Positions 63,801-64,000 of a stretch of DNA of 64,000 nt are shown here, in pieces. Made by a program: the position numbers and the translations under genes. Numbering within the stretch: the stretch's first letter is position 1; the number at the start of each line of letters is the position of its first letter. The notes beneath the pieces are model-generated. The model was given only the letters and a program-made list of their open reading frames with translations, had not been told where the DNA came from and searched no databases. The DNA comes from Ascidiella aspersa (lineage: Eukaryota): positions 26,102,001 to 26,166,000 of the forward strand of contig OZ004609.1 in NCBI GenBank assembly GCA_963924565.1, written 5' to 3'.

Positions 63801-64000
63801 AGTCCTCTAACCAGAGGTGAATTACAGCGCTTAGCGACGATAATAATAAACCAGGCGAACGTAGCCTGACGTTATAAAAACGCATCGAGACATATTTACA
63901 AACTTGATGACTGCGTTCTATAATTTGTGGCCGCCAAAGATTAAGGCCAATTTTTTTTCGGCTGACATCCTACGTCAAAATAGGACAATATATACGTCCA

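Larger units (their letters stand above)
34270..64000. promoter_or_regulatory. Gene-free upstream regulatory domain of Irx (CpG-rich enhancer-like blocks alternating with AT-rich spacers)
   Basis: No recognisable exon or domain in ~30 kb. GC/CpG-rich blocks (e.g. 35550-36130, 42850-43830, 44840-45470, 46690-48350, 48830-49370, 51130-52130, 56760-57900, 59100-59630, 61480-62460) are rich in TAAT/GATTA/TGACA motifs. Irx loci are known to sit in regulatory deserts. Confidence 0.55.

Overview
Eukaryotic (animal) genomic DNA with spliced genes. Compact GT-AG introns, a chordate-type Iroquois protein and a CpG-poor/CpG-rich mosaic suggest an invertebrate chordate, probably an ascidian (inference, not proven). 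I reconstructed three genes by hand from splice sites and codon phase. (1) The 3' part of an ANKRD60-like ubiquitin-like/ankyrin gene (+, 346-4373, 5' end outside the window). (2) A complete SIRT7 sirtuin (+, 5031-11077, 9 exons, 474 aa) starting only ~650 bp downstream. (3) A convergent Irx4/6-like Iroquois TALE homeobox gene (-, 34269-15011, 7 exons, ~730 aa). The remaining ~30 kb (34.3-64 kb) is a gene-free upstream domain of CpG-rich, motif-dense blocks separated by AT-rich spacers with small non-autonomous transposons. Best leads: a minimal type I hammerhead ribozyme nested in a 47-bp inverted repeat with a 13-bp flanking direct repeat (53.7 kb); a SIRT7 intron 1 that is in frame, stop-free and starts with four tandem U12-like donors; a possible ANKRD60-SIRT7 operon; two hAT MITEs stacked in one target site; and an orphan housekeeping-type promoter in the Irx desert. 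Most short ORFs in the supplied track are spurious.
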